From Salpingoeca rosetta (lineage: Eukaryota; Protista; Choanoflagellata), in contig JAWQFM010000006.1 in the NCBI GenBank assembly GCA_033442325.1, positions 2,002,222-2,011,135 on the forward strand: 8,914 nucleotides of DNA. The letters run 5' to 3'. Positions 1-7,602 of this stretch are shown in pieces (position 1 is the first letter of the stretch; each line of letters opens with the position of its first letter). A program made the position numbers and the translations under genes. Under the pieces are notes generated by a model. The model saw only the letters and a program-made list of their open reading frames with translations. It was not told the origin of the DNA and ran no database searches.

Positions 1-112
1 TGTGTGTGTGTGAGTGTGTGTGTGTGGGGGCATGGAGGTGTGAGTGTGTGTGTGTGAGTGTGTGTGTGTGAGTGTTCTCTAACCACGACTCGCGAGCACC
101 AGCACGAAGCAC

Positions 113-145
<33 letters not shown>

Positions 146-161
146 ACACACACACACACAC
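1..161. repeat. Intronic (GT)n (1-74) and (CA)n (111-161) microsatellites
   Basis: Direct reading. Confidence 0.95.
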
Positions 162-261
162 TGAACGTGAGCTCCAATGTGTCAGCGGCACCCGAGGTCA
201 GCAGCGCAACCCACACACCAACGGAAACATGATGCTTGACACAAGCGCCCCGCCAGCTTGT
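162..261 (-). pseudogene. ATPase pseudo-exon: DKLAG + transmembrane helix
   Basis: Acceptor tcccag at 263-262 after a pyrimidine tract. Encodes (D)KLAGR.../VSVGVWVALLTSG. Donor gtgtgt at 161. Confidence 0.75.
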
Positions 262-387
262 CTGGGAGGACGAGAGAGGGAGAGGGCGTGTGTATGTGCA
301 TGTATGTGTGTGAGTGGAAACGTCTGCAGAAACAGTGACAGGTACGTGTGAAACGGTGGTGTTGCGTGTCGTATCCACCACACACAC

Positions 388-613
388 CTCTGCTGGATGG
401 ACGCCTTTGACAGCTGCGCATCCTCACTGCCAACATGTATGGTTTCAAAGGACAATGTACCATGGTGCCGCCCATATGACAATGTCATCAACGCCTTTGG
501 AGACGAGACAGGATTCGATTCCCCCCCGTGATCATGGCCTCGTCCGTTTCACCTGCAGTCTCTGGCACGCGTGCGTCCATCCAATTCACAGGCACTTTGT
601 CACCGGCCACCAT
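388..613 (-). pseudogene. ATPase pseudo-exon: actuator (E1-E2) domain with TGES
   Basis: Acceptor ggcag at 615-614. Encodes MVAGDKVPV...TDEAMITG/ESNPV/SKGVDDIV/GGT/HGTLSFETIHVGSEDAQLSKASIQQ. Donor gtgtgt at 387. Confidence 0.88.
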
Positions 614-810
614 CTGCCAACAAGAACGTGAGGGAAGGTGAGCGAGATGCAATGAAAGTGCATTATCTGGCGGCTGCTACAACTGCAGCTGAGGGCTGTG
701 ACAACTGCCATTGCTGTTGCTGCTGCTGCTACAACCAACCACCCGCCCATCACCCACCACCACATGTAAGCACCACCACCAACTCCAACACCCACCCCGT
801 CATCACGCAC

Positions 811-1069
811 CTTTAGTTTTTTCGCCGCGCTGCACGAGCTCGGTGTCAATTCGCTCCTCCACGCGGTTGCCTTTGACTATATCTTCCTTCGGCAGGCTGG
901 AGGTGCTGCCTTTGGCGAGGTGTTCGATGTACTGCCCGAGCGACACAAAGGTGAAGAGGGAGAATGCCGGTCTCCAAAGAAGAGGTCGCCACCACCACCA
1001 CCAGTCAGAGTCCTTGTGGGAGGCGGCTGCAACAATGAGCACCACCAGGGAGAGTACAAGTACGCAGCC
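811..1069 (-). pseudogene. ATPase pseudo-exon: TM helices, LGxxxExxAKG motif, start of actuator domain
   Basis: Encodes AAYLYS/LVVLIVAAA/GGDLFF/ETGI/LFTFVSLGQYIEHLAKGSTSS...EERIDTELVQRGE. Donor gtgcgt at 810. The acceptor (cacag at 1071-1070) is less certain. Confidence 0.88.
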
Positions 1070-1245
1070 CTGTGGTGAATTTGCACCAACGCAAGAGCAA
1101 GTGCGGGTGGATCAGCGACACGCAAGCAAACGTGAGCAAAGAAGGCACGCATCACGCTCACTCATTCACTGCAGTGGTGGACGTGAACAGAACAAGCGGA
1201 AGTGGTCGCAACAAACCACACACACACACACACACACATACATAC

Positions 1246-1540
1246 CACATTCATGTTGGCAGCGCCGTGCATGGTGGACCGCACCGCGGAGACGAGAAAC
1301 GGCCGACCGGGAAATGAAGGAGATCAGACCCAGCAGCGTGAGAATGAGGTTGTGTTGCGACATGTCATCGATCATGCGCGCATCCCCAGGAGTCCGGCCA
1401 CACGCGGCCACGATGGTGGACGCGACGAAGAAACACGGTGATGCACACGATGAAGGTGATGGGGCAGAAGCGGATCTCGCTCTTGTAGGTGGCGATTCGT
1501 GCTCCAGCTCCCTCGCGTACCCGGCATCCTTCAGCATGCG
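1246..1540 (-). pseudogene. ATPase pseudo-exon: first transmembrane helices to the NMDV-like motif
   Basis: Acceptor ctgcag at 1542-1541. Encodes RMLKDAGY, YKSEIRF, NLILTLLGLISFIS/GRPFLVSAVRSTMHGAANMNV. Donor gtatgt at 1245. Confidence 0.85.
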
Positions 1541-1752
1541 CTGCAGTCACAAATGGATGTTGTGTGAGGTGCATAACACAGGGCGTTCTTGTGAGCAAGT
1601 GGTGGTGGGTGGCAAGGCGTGGTAGCAAAGACAGACACAAACAAGGCATGAATGAGTTCGGCTGGTTTGGGGGGGGGGATGCAATGAGACGAAGCGACAC
1701 GTACAAGTGCAAACACACACATACACACACACACGCACACACATACACACAC

Positions 1753-1863
1753 ATGATTATGCTGCGTGGGTCCTGTTGCATCGATCTCGTGCTTGACTTC
1801 CATACGGCCCAACGCGCCATCAATTTGGACCGTTTGAACACCGGGCAGGGTCCTCAGCGTCGC
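1753..1863 (-). pseudogene. ATPase pseudo-exon: C-terminal half of the last HMA domain
   Basis: Acceptor ttacag at 1865-1864. Encodes ATLRTLPGVQTVQIDGALGRMEVKHEIDATG/PRSII. Donor gtgtgt at 1752. Confidence 0.75.
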
Positions 1864-2032
1864 CTGTAATGCGTGGCCAACAGCAACAACAGCAGCAGCA
1901 GGAAGGTGCGAAGGTGAGAGGTTGAAGCGGAAAGCAGGCATGCGTACATACAAGCCACCACGCGTGTATGCAAGAAACCAGACAAGCAGAGATGCAGTGC
2001 CGCGCACATCGCATACCACAAAGCTGACGTAC

Positions 2033-2240
2033 GTCATGCCTTGTGCTGAATGTGTGCGTTTCCTGGCGGGCCTTTGTATCCGCCGACCTTGCCGATGCTG
2101 GCGATGATGGCTGCAGGGCTTCACCGGCGCGGAGTCGTATTCCACTGTCGCGGTGCCAGCCAGCAGGCCCACACGACACAATGCCGTGCGCGCCGGGCAT
2201 ACGCCCTCGATGTTGGACACGCACGAGGCGCACGGCATGC
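2033..2240 (-). pseudogene. ATPase pseudo-exon: HMA metal-binding domain with GMxCxxC and start of the next HMA (GMT)
   Basis: Acceptor ctacag at 2242-2241. Encodes GMPCASCVSNIEG...VGLLAGTATVEYDS / SPAAIIASIGKVGGY / QGMT. Donor gtacgt at 2032. Confidence 0.88.
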
Positions 2241-2326
2241 CTGTAGTGCGACAGCATCAACGAAAGTGGAAAGTGGAAGTGAGGAAGTACTAGTGAGTGA
2301 GCACCAAACGGCACACAAACGGACAA

Positions 2327-2464
2327 ACACCCACCCACACCCACACACCCACACACACACACCCACACACACCCACACACACACGCACACACACACACAC
2401 ACACACACATGCACATGCACACACACACATGCACACACACACACATGCACACACACACACACAC
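2327..2464. repeat. Intronic imperfect (CA)n microsatellite
   Basis: Direct reading. Confidence 0.95.
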
Positions 2465-2475
2465 AGTGCACGCAC

Positions 2476-2633
2476 CTGCAACTTGGTGTCAGTGCTTTCA
2501 GATGCATCGGCAGCTGCTGTTGTGCTCGGAGTGGGGTGATGGCTTCCTGAAGAGTGTCGGCAACAGCATCTTGGCGCTTGTCGGAGGGCGCCGATTCCTC
2601 CTTCGCCTCGCTTTCTTGTGCACAACACATGAT
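2476..2633 (-). pseudogene. ATPase pseudo-exon preceding the HMA CxxC
   Basis: Acceptor gcag at 2635-2634 and donor gtgcgt at 2475. The exon ends CAA GTT GCA G and joins GC ATG CCG TGC to give QVAGMPCASC. The upstream part has stops in that frame. Confidence 0.55.
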
Positions 2634-3080
2634 CTGCTGCTTGTGTGTTTGTGCTGGTGTGTTGTTGTTGTTCCAACATTACCTTCTTCTCTGGGCTCGT
2701 CGAGGGAAAGTGCTTCCAAATCGGGGGCAGGTGTTGCCAGAAACGCAAGGACTTTCCTTCTCTGCAAACACGGCAAGCAGAAGGTGTGCGGTGCGTTTTG
2801 TCGGTGTGAGCGCCACTTTTCGCCAACAAGCAGCAAAGAAAAAAAAAACAGATGTGCAGGCATTCACGCAACAAGAGGGACGGCTGCTGCGTGTCTTATT
2901 GATCTGTTGCACAAGCAGTGGCAACCACTCCACAAAGCAGGAGGCAATGGAACCGTACTCTTTGTGTCGCACACATGGGGGTTCAAGAAAACGACGCACG
3001 CGCTGAACGTGTTCAGCGTGCTGCTGTTGCTTTAAGAGTTTGCACATGAAGAAGGGGCAGGCAGCGCAAGGTAACAGCAA

Positions 3081-3081
3081 G

Positions 3082-3122
<41 letters not shown>

Positions 3123-3271
3123 TTGTGTGTGAGTGTGTGAGTGTGTGAGTGTGTGTGTGAGTGTGTGTGTGCCTGTGTGTGTGCCTGTGTGTGTGTGTCT
3201 CTCTGTCTCTCTCTCTCTGTCTCTCTGTCTCTCTCTCTCTGTCTCTCTGTCTCTCTCTCTCTCTGTCTCTG

Positions 3272-3304
<33 letters not shown>

Positions 3305-3328
3305 TCTCTCTCTCTCTTCTCTCTCTCT
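3081..3328. repeat. Compound (GT)n-(CT/CTGT)n microsatellite in intron 3071-3445
   Basis: (GT)n to about 3197, then an abrupt switch to (CT)n. Confidence 0.95.
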
Positions 3329-3409
3329 GCCCTGTACACGCACACCTGTCTCTGCCACTGTCCTCGTGCCTCACCTCCTCCACACTGTCAACATTGGAAT
3401 CTCTGCCCA

Positions 3410-3416
3410 TACTAAC
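3410..3416 (+). promoter_or_regulatory. Spliceosomal branch point TACTAAC of intron 3071-3445
   Basis: Exact TACTAAC about 30 nt upstream of the acceptor. The intron starts gtaaca at 3071. Confidence 0.7.
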
Positions 3417-3445
3417 TGCGTGCGTTTGCATGCTCTCTTCTGCAG

Positions 3446-3640
3446 GGCAGTGACCTCTGTTCTCATGACGATGCAGCGAACTGCAGAGGCGGCACACCAA
3501 GCAACCCAGCGGCGCATCTCGCAGATGCTCCAGCAGGCATATGCGGACTTGAAACCGGGAACCATGTTCAAGAGCAAGGATGGTGTGTTACGTGCTTTCA
3601 CAGCCGTCGCTGTGTTCCATGAGATGGATGCAACCACTAT
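3446..3640 (+). CDS. MULE transposase exon: start of the MuDR DNA-binding domain
   Basis: TACTAAC at 3410-3416, a pyrimidine tract and acceptor tgcag at 3445. Encodes AVTSVLMTMQ...ADLKPGTMFKSKDGVLRAFTAVAVFHEMDATT. Donor gtgagt at 3641. Confidence 0.75.
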
Positions 3641-4021
3641 GTGAGTGCCTTACCTCGGTGCATGCGTATGCGCCCACGTCCTGTGTTTGTACGTGCTTGC
3701 ATGCGAGCAAGGAAGCACGCGCGTCCACTCACTCTGTCTGCCTTTCTGTCTCTCTCTATACTCACACACACCACACACACTCACTCTCATTCTCTGTCGC
3801 TCTGTTTCTCCTGTCACTCACTCTCTCACTCAATATCTCTCTCCCACACTCACTCTCATTTTCTGTCTCTCTGTCGCTCTCCCACATACACACACACTCT
3901 CTCTCTCTATCACCCTCTCACTCACACACACTCTCTCTCTATCACCCTCTCACTCCCACACACACTCTCTCCGTCTACAATTCTCCTTCATCCCCTCTTC
4001 TTTCCTCTTCCATGCACACAG

Positions 4022-4296
4022 GTGTACGCTTCGGACACTTTCGCCATTCGTGTCATCTGCGGCAACGAGAAGAGGTGCCAGGATGCGCTTAACATGAACG
4101 CAAGTGACCCTTCCCCGCTTGGGTGTCTCTACTGCTGTACCAGCACGATACAGCCTTGCGGAAGGTTTAGAGTGAATCAGCTGGGCATACATACTTGCCG
4201 CAACAGCAATCGGACAGTCACATCCCAGACGCTTGCGCGCGTTGACCAGGCCATCCTTGGTACTGGTCTCCAGATGGTGCAGGTGGCACGAGAAAG
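4022..4296 (+). CDS. MULE transposase exon: WRKY-like C..C..HxC zinc domain
   Basis: Acceptor cacag at 4020-4021. Encodes VYASDTFAIRVICGNEKRC...GCLYCCTSTIQPCGRFRVNQLGIHTCRN...QMVQVARE. Donor gtgtgt at 4297, with an alternative weak donor at 4283. It is one base out of phase with the previous exon. Confidence 0.72.
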
Positions 4297-4299
4297 GTG

Positions 4300-4333
<34 letters not shown>

Positions 4334-4520
4334 CATGCGTGTGTGTGTGTGCATGCGTGTGTGTGTGTGTGCATGCGTGTGTGTGTGTGTGTGCATGCGT
4401 GTGTGTGTGTGTGTGCGTGTGTGTGTGTGTGCGTGTGTGTGTGTGTGTGCGTGCGTGTGCGTGCGTGTGTGCGTGTGTGTGTTTGTGTGTGTGCACGCAT
4501 GCTTTGGATGTGTGTGTGTG
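4297..4520. repeat. Intronic (GT)n with periodic GCATGC/GC interruptions
   Basis: Direct reading. Confidence 0.95.
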
Positions 4521-4658
4521 TTGTGTTCTGTGTGCATACCCACTTTGGTGGGTTCGCCCTTGCATGCTCTTCTTGACGCTCGCACCAAACCTACCCACTG
4601 TGTTTCACACCCGCATGAAACCGATGACTGCCCATCAACACGTACCCCGTTGCAATAG

Positions 4659-4874
4659 TTTGGGCCGGTGTCTATAATGGTCGCGATCACGCACTGCATG
4701 GCAAGGCGACGTTTGGATGTGCTGGCGCATGCCGAGACACACAGCTCTCCTCTCACAAGTTTTGCTGCCGAGGAGGTTGCTGCGAGCTGGGGCGCTGCTG
4801 CTGGACCGGCGGCTTTGGACATTGGACACGGTCAAGTGCACGTCCACAGACCCAATGTGCAACCCCACCAACCG
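4659..4874 (+). CDS. MULE transposase exon: post-catalytic helices preceding SWIM
   Basis: Acceptor aatag at 4657-4658. Encodes GPVSIMVAITHCMARRR...SSPLTSFAAEEV...IGHGQVHVHRP. Donor gtatga at 4875, in phase with the SWIM exon. Confidence 0.65.
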
Positions 4875-5141
4875 GTATGACAGAGGGTTGCGCGGTGGTG
4901 GTGTCGTGACATCCATATGTTTGAATACACGCACGTGCATGCGTATGTGCATGCGTATGTGCGTGTCTGTGCGTGTCTTTTTTATGCACATGTGTTTGTG
5001 TTTGAGTGTGCGCATGTGTACTGTATGCGTAGTGTGTTCACGTACACGCGCATGCGTGTATCTCGGTTACGTACCTCCGTGCCTATCCAGCCCTACCGCC
5101 CACAACCACCCTTCCATTTGCCATGTGTCATCCCCATACAG

Positions 5142-5246
5142 ACAGTGACTGTAGCGAATGGCGTCTGCAATTGCATCTACCACAAGAACTACAGCGGGCT
5201 TCCCTGCAAACACATCGTTGCAATCAACCATCCTCGCGCTCACACC
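5142..5246 (+). CDS. MULE transposase exon: SWIM zinc finger
   Basis: Acceptor atacag at 5140-5141. Encodes TVTVANGVCNCIYHKNYSGLPCKHIVAINHPRAHT, i.e. CxC-x10-CxH with GLPCKH. Donor gtacgt at 5247. Confidence 0.88.
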
Positions 5247-5363
5247 GTACGTCTCACAGACTTGGCTAGAGAAATTGATGTGAATGAGTCCAATTATCAA
5301 CACACATACGAGCACGCAGACACACACACACATGCAGACACACACACACATGCACACATGCAG

Positions 5364-5463
5364 NNNNNNNNNNNNNNNNNNNNNNNNNNNNNNNNNNNNN
5401 NNNNNNNNNNNNNNNNNNNNNNNNNNNNNNNNNNNNNNNNNNNNNNNNNNNNNNNNNNNNNNN
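5364..5463. other. Assembly gap (100 N, size probably unknown)
   Basis: Exactly 100 N. Confidence 0.99.
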
Positions 5464-6457
5464 TGTTCAAGCAAGCCGTCTACGTGCAAGCTTGGCATGA
5501 CTTTGGCCTGCATGTGCCCTTGGAGGCGTCGAGCGTGCCTTGCGACATGCTGCCACCACCTGCAGTCATACAGCCCGGGCGACCGCGGGAGAACAGACTG
5601 GAGCGACAACCCACGCAACCCGCACGCGTAATCGCAGGGGCAGGGGTCGAGGCAGGGGTAGAGGCAGGGGACGTGGTGAAGGTGGTGGTCGGGGTGGTCG
5701 ACGAGGTGGAGGGAGAGCGAGTGTACGGGGGATAGCGCGCGGCAGAGGCGGTGCACCTACGGCAGATGCAACCGCGCCGCCATTATCACAACCACCACAG
5801 CCACCACAACCGGTCTTCGTGAACGCGGCACCACTCATACAACCCCTACTCGGGGCGCATCAGGCCCATTCCCACCAGCACTGCCTGCACCTGTACACGG
5901 GCCAGCAGCGCCACCGCCTCTGATGCATGCCATGATGCCGAGCTTGTCAACGACACCGGTCATCACAAGCATATTGACGCCGCTGCAACTACCAATGACT
6001 GGAGCGGGATGGCAGACGTCAATGGCAGCATTGTCTGCAGCAACGGCAACAACGGCAGCAACAACGGCAACAGCTGTGATGGCAGTTGAAGCAGCTGCAG
6101 CAGTAGGGCTTGTACCCGCGCACATGACGACGATGGGAGCCGGGACGTCGCCACCTTCCTTCCCCAACACGGCGCCGCCGTCACCCATGTCTTTGACGCG
6201 TACAGCGACAGCGCCACGGCCATTCTCACACACATCAGTGGCAGCCTTTCCGTCACCGACTCCCTTGCTGGCATCACCATCATCATCAGCATCGTCGTCG
6301 TCATCCTCATCATTCGCGCCGTCTCAACAGCAGCGGCCGCAGCAGCAACAGCAGCACAATCGGCAAACACTGCTGCACCACCAGTATCACTCTCAGTGTA
6401 TGCAGCGCTTGCAGACAGGCAGCTTGGGACGGACGAGATTCACATGCTCGGCTGTCG
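5464..6457 (+). pseudogene. MULE C-terminal exon (frameshifted): PP..GRP motif, RG/RGG tract, A/P/S/T/Q-rich tail, Cys cluster
   Basis: FKQAVYVQAW...MLPPPAVIQPGRPRENR, then a shift to RRGRGRGRGRGRGEGGGRGG, then a shift to the P/A/T/S/Q-rich frame, ending near CSAC/RQLGTDEIHMLGC with donor gtaagc at 6458. The 5' end is hidden in the N gap. Confidence 0.6.
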
Positions 6458-6560
6458 GTAAGCGACTGCTATGCACATCACTATCAGTGTTTCAGTGTGC
6501 TGTGGTTGTGGAGTTCAGCGCATGCTCGATGACATGACGTCCTATCTGCTCACTCACCTC

Positions 6561-6702
6561 TGTGTATGCGTGCGTGTGTGCGTGTGTGCGCGTATGTGTG
6601 CGTGTGTGTGTGCGCGTATGTGTGTGTGCGTGTGTGTGTGTGCGCGTATGTGTGCGTGTGTGTGCGCGCGTATGTGTGTGTGCGTGTGTGTGTGCGTGCG
6701 TG
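6561..6702. repeat. Intronic (GT/GC)n with recurring gcgcgtatgtgt unit
   Basis: Direct reading. Confidence 0.9.
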
Positions 6703-7080
6703 TCTTTGGCTGTGGCATCGAGGATTGGGCGGGCTTTTGAATCCAAGCGCGCTTCAGGGCAGCGACGATGATGCTCGCAACCACCGCCGGTTCAAAGTAG
6801 CAGACAGAAGGCTCTTCTCTGCCCAGGTGTGTGCATATCTGCGTGTATGCAAATGTGTATGCAGGGATGTGCGTGTGTGTAGGTAGTTGTGTACATGAGT
6901 GCGTGCGCGCGTGCGTGCGTGTGTCTGTGTGTCTGTGTGTCTCTGTGTGTGTGTATGTGCGTGCGTGTGTGTGAATCGCCGCGCATGTGTACGCATGCAG
7001 TTCGCCTTCTTCACTCCCCGCCTCCCCCCTCACGTCCTCACGTCCTCTCCCGCGACGCACGCGCCTTCACTTGCATACAG

Positions 7081-7499
7081 ATACAGCGCATTCCTTTCCT
7101 GCGCCATACGACGGCGCGGTGCACGTGGCAGACTCATCAACGCAGTCTTCCACAGGGGTCAGACAGCGAGCAACCGAACAGGAACAGGATTTACTGGCCC
7201 GCAATGGCAGCACCTCATCACCTGCAACGTCACGCAAGACACCACCCCGCAGTTCAGCGCGCAGCTGTTCCCCGAGCCGCCAGACATCATCATTGCCTAC
7301 GACGAGCGTGCCGTCTTCCTGTGCCTCTCTGGGTTTCGCAGCTCCGCCAGCGAGGACGGGCCGGCGCTGGTCTTTCGCACCTGCACCGCCAGCGGCAGGC
7401 TCGGTGCGCCATCGGCAACCTGCGTGGACACTGACGAGTGCGCGTCGGTGGCGCAGGCCCGTCGCGCCCTCAGCAGCCTGCAGCAGTGCATCAACACCA
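7081..7499 (+). CDS. Exon of an extracellular protein: Sushi/CCP-like module followed by a calcium-binding EGF-like domain (partial, cut by gap)
   Basis: Acceptor atacag at 7079-7080 after a pyrimidine tract. Encodes ...ITCNV...AVFLCLSGF...VFRTCTASGRLGAPSATCVDTDECAS...QQCINT. CVDTDEC and CINT are EGF_CA hallmarks, and C..GF..TC..G..C is the Sushi pattern. A possible small upstream exon ends at 6826. Confidence 0.72.
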
Positions 7500-7599
7500 N
7501 NNNNNNNNNNNNNNNNNNNNNNNNNNNNNNNNNNNNNNNNNNNNNNNNNNNNNNNNNNNNNNNNNNNNNNNNNNNNNNNNNNNNNNNNNNNNNNNNNNN
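7500..7599. other. Assembly gap (100 N, size probably unknown)
   Basis: Exactly 100 N. Confidence 0.99.
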
Positions 7600-7602
7600 T
7601 AC

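Larger units (their letters stand above)
162..2633 (-). pseudogene. ATP7: Degenerate spliced copper-transporting P1B-type ATPase (ATP7/CopA/RAN1-like), 5' half; runs off the left edge of the window
   Basis: Colinear motifs across GT-AG bounded exons: QVAG|MPCASCVSNIEG (HMA), VGLLAGTATVEYDS, SPAAIIASIGKVGGY, LRTLPGVQTV...GPRSII (ATP7 GPRDII-like), GRPFLVSAVRSTMHGAANMNV (NMDVL-like), AAYLYS, FFETGILLFTFVSLGQYIEHLAKGSTSS, EERIDTELVQRGEKLK|MVAGDKVPV, DEAMITGES.PVSKG, GGT, EDAQLSKASIQQ, DKLAGR. Recovering these needs more than 10 frameshifts and at least 2 in-exon deletions. The 5' limit is approximate. Confidence 0.9.
3036..6457 (+). mobile_element. Mutator-like element (MULE/MuDR) transposase remnant, spliced, non-autonomous (DDE core absent); true element ends not identified
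   Basis: Exons encode the MuDR N-terminal DBD signature (LKPGTMFKSKDGVLRAFTAVAV; IRVIC..C..FRVNQLGIHTC), an ARE..PVSIMVAI helix, PLTSFA, a SWIM finger CNC-x10-CKH and MLPPPAVIQPGRPRENR. This is the domain order of Mutator transposases. There are phase conflicts and frameshifts, and no TIR or TSD was found. Confidence 0.8.

Noticed and set aside
711-1625. 304-aa plus-strand ORF
   Set aside because: It is antisense to the ATPase exons and introns and has no recognisable motifs.
2683-2761. Possible further upstream ATPase exon (tgcag acceptor, gtaatg donor)
   Set aside because: The splice signals are plausible but the peptide has no diagnostic motif and the following intron would be only 49 nt.
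3899-3962. Tandem duplication of about 32 nt
   Set aside because: It is a slippage product in a CT/CA-rich intron with no functional signal.
4297-4460. Regularly spaced GCATGC units resembling an array or CRISPR
   Set aside because: The spacers are plain (GT)n. This is slippage of an interrupted microsatellite in a eukaryotic intron.
162-6457. Programmed frameshifting or RNA editing as the explanation for the many frameshifts
   Set aside because: There is no consistent slippery motif, and multi-codon deletions of conserved segments co-occur. Decay or sequencing error is simpler.
2770-6800. Terminal inverted repeats or target-site duplication for the MULE
   Set aside because: A comparison by eye of 2770-3070 with 6460-6800 gave no extended inverted match, so element ends are not called.
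58-7060. Many long ORFs with HTHT, CVCV, SLSL or RERE runs
   Set aside because: They are translations of stop-free dinucleotide microsatellites in introns, not proteins.
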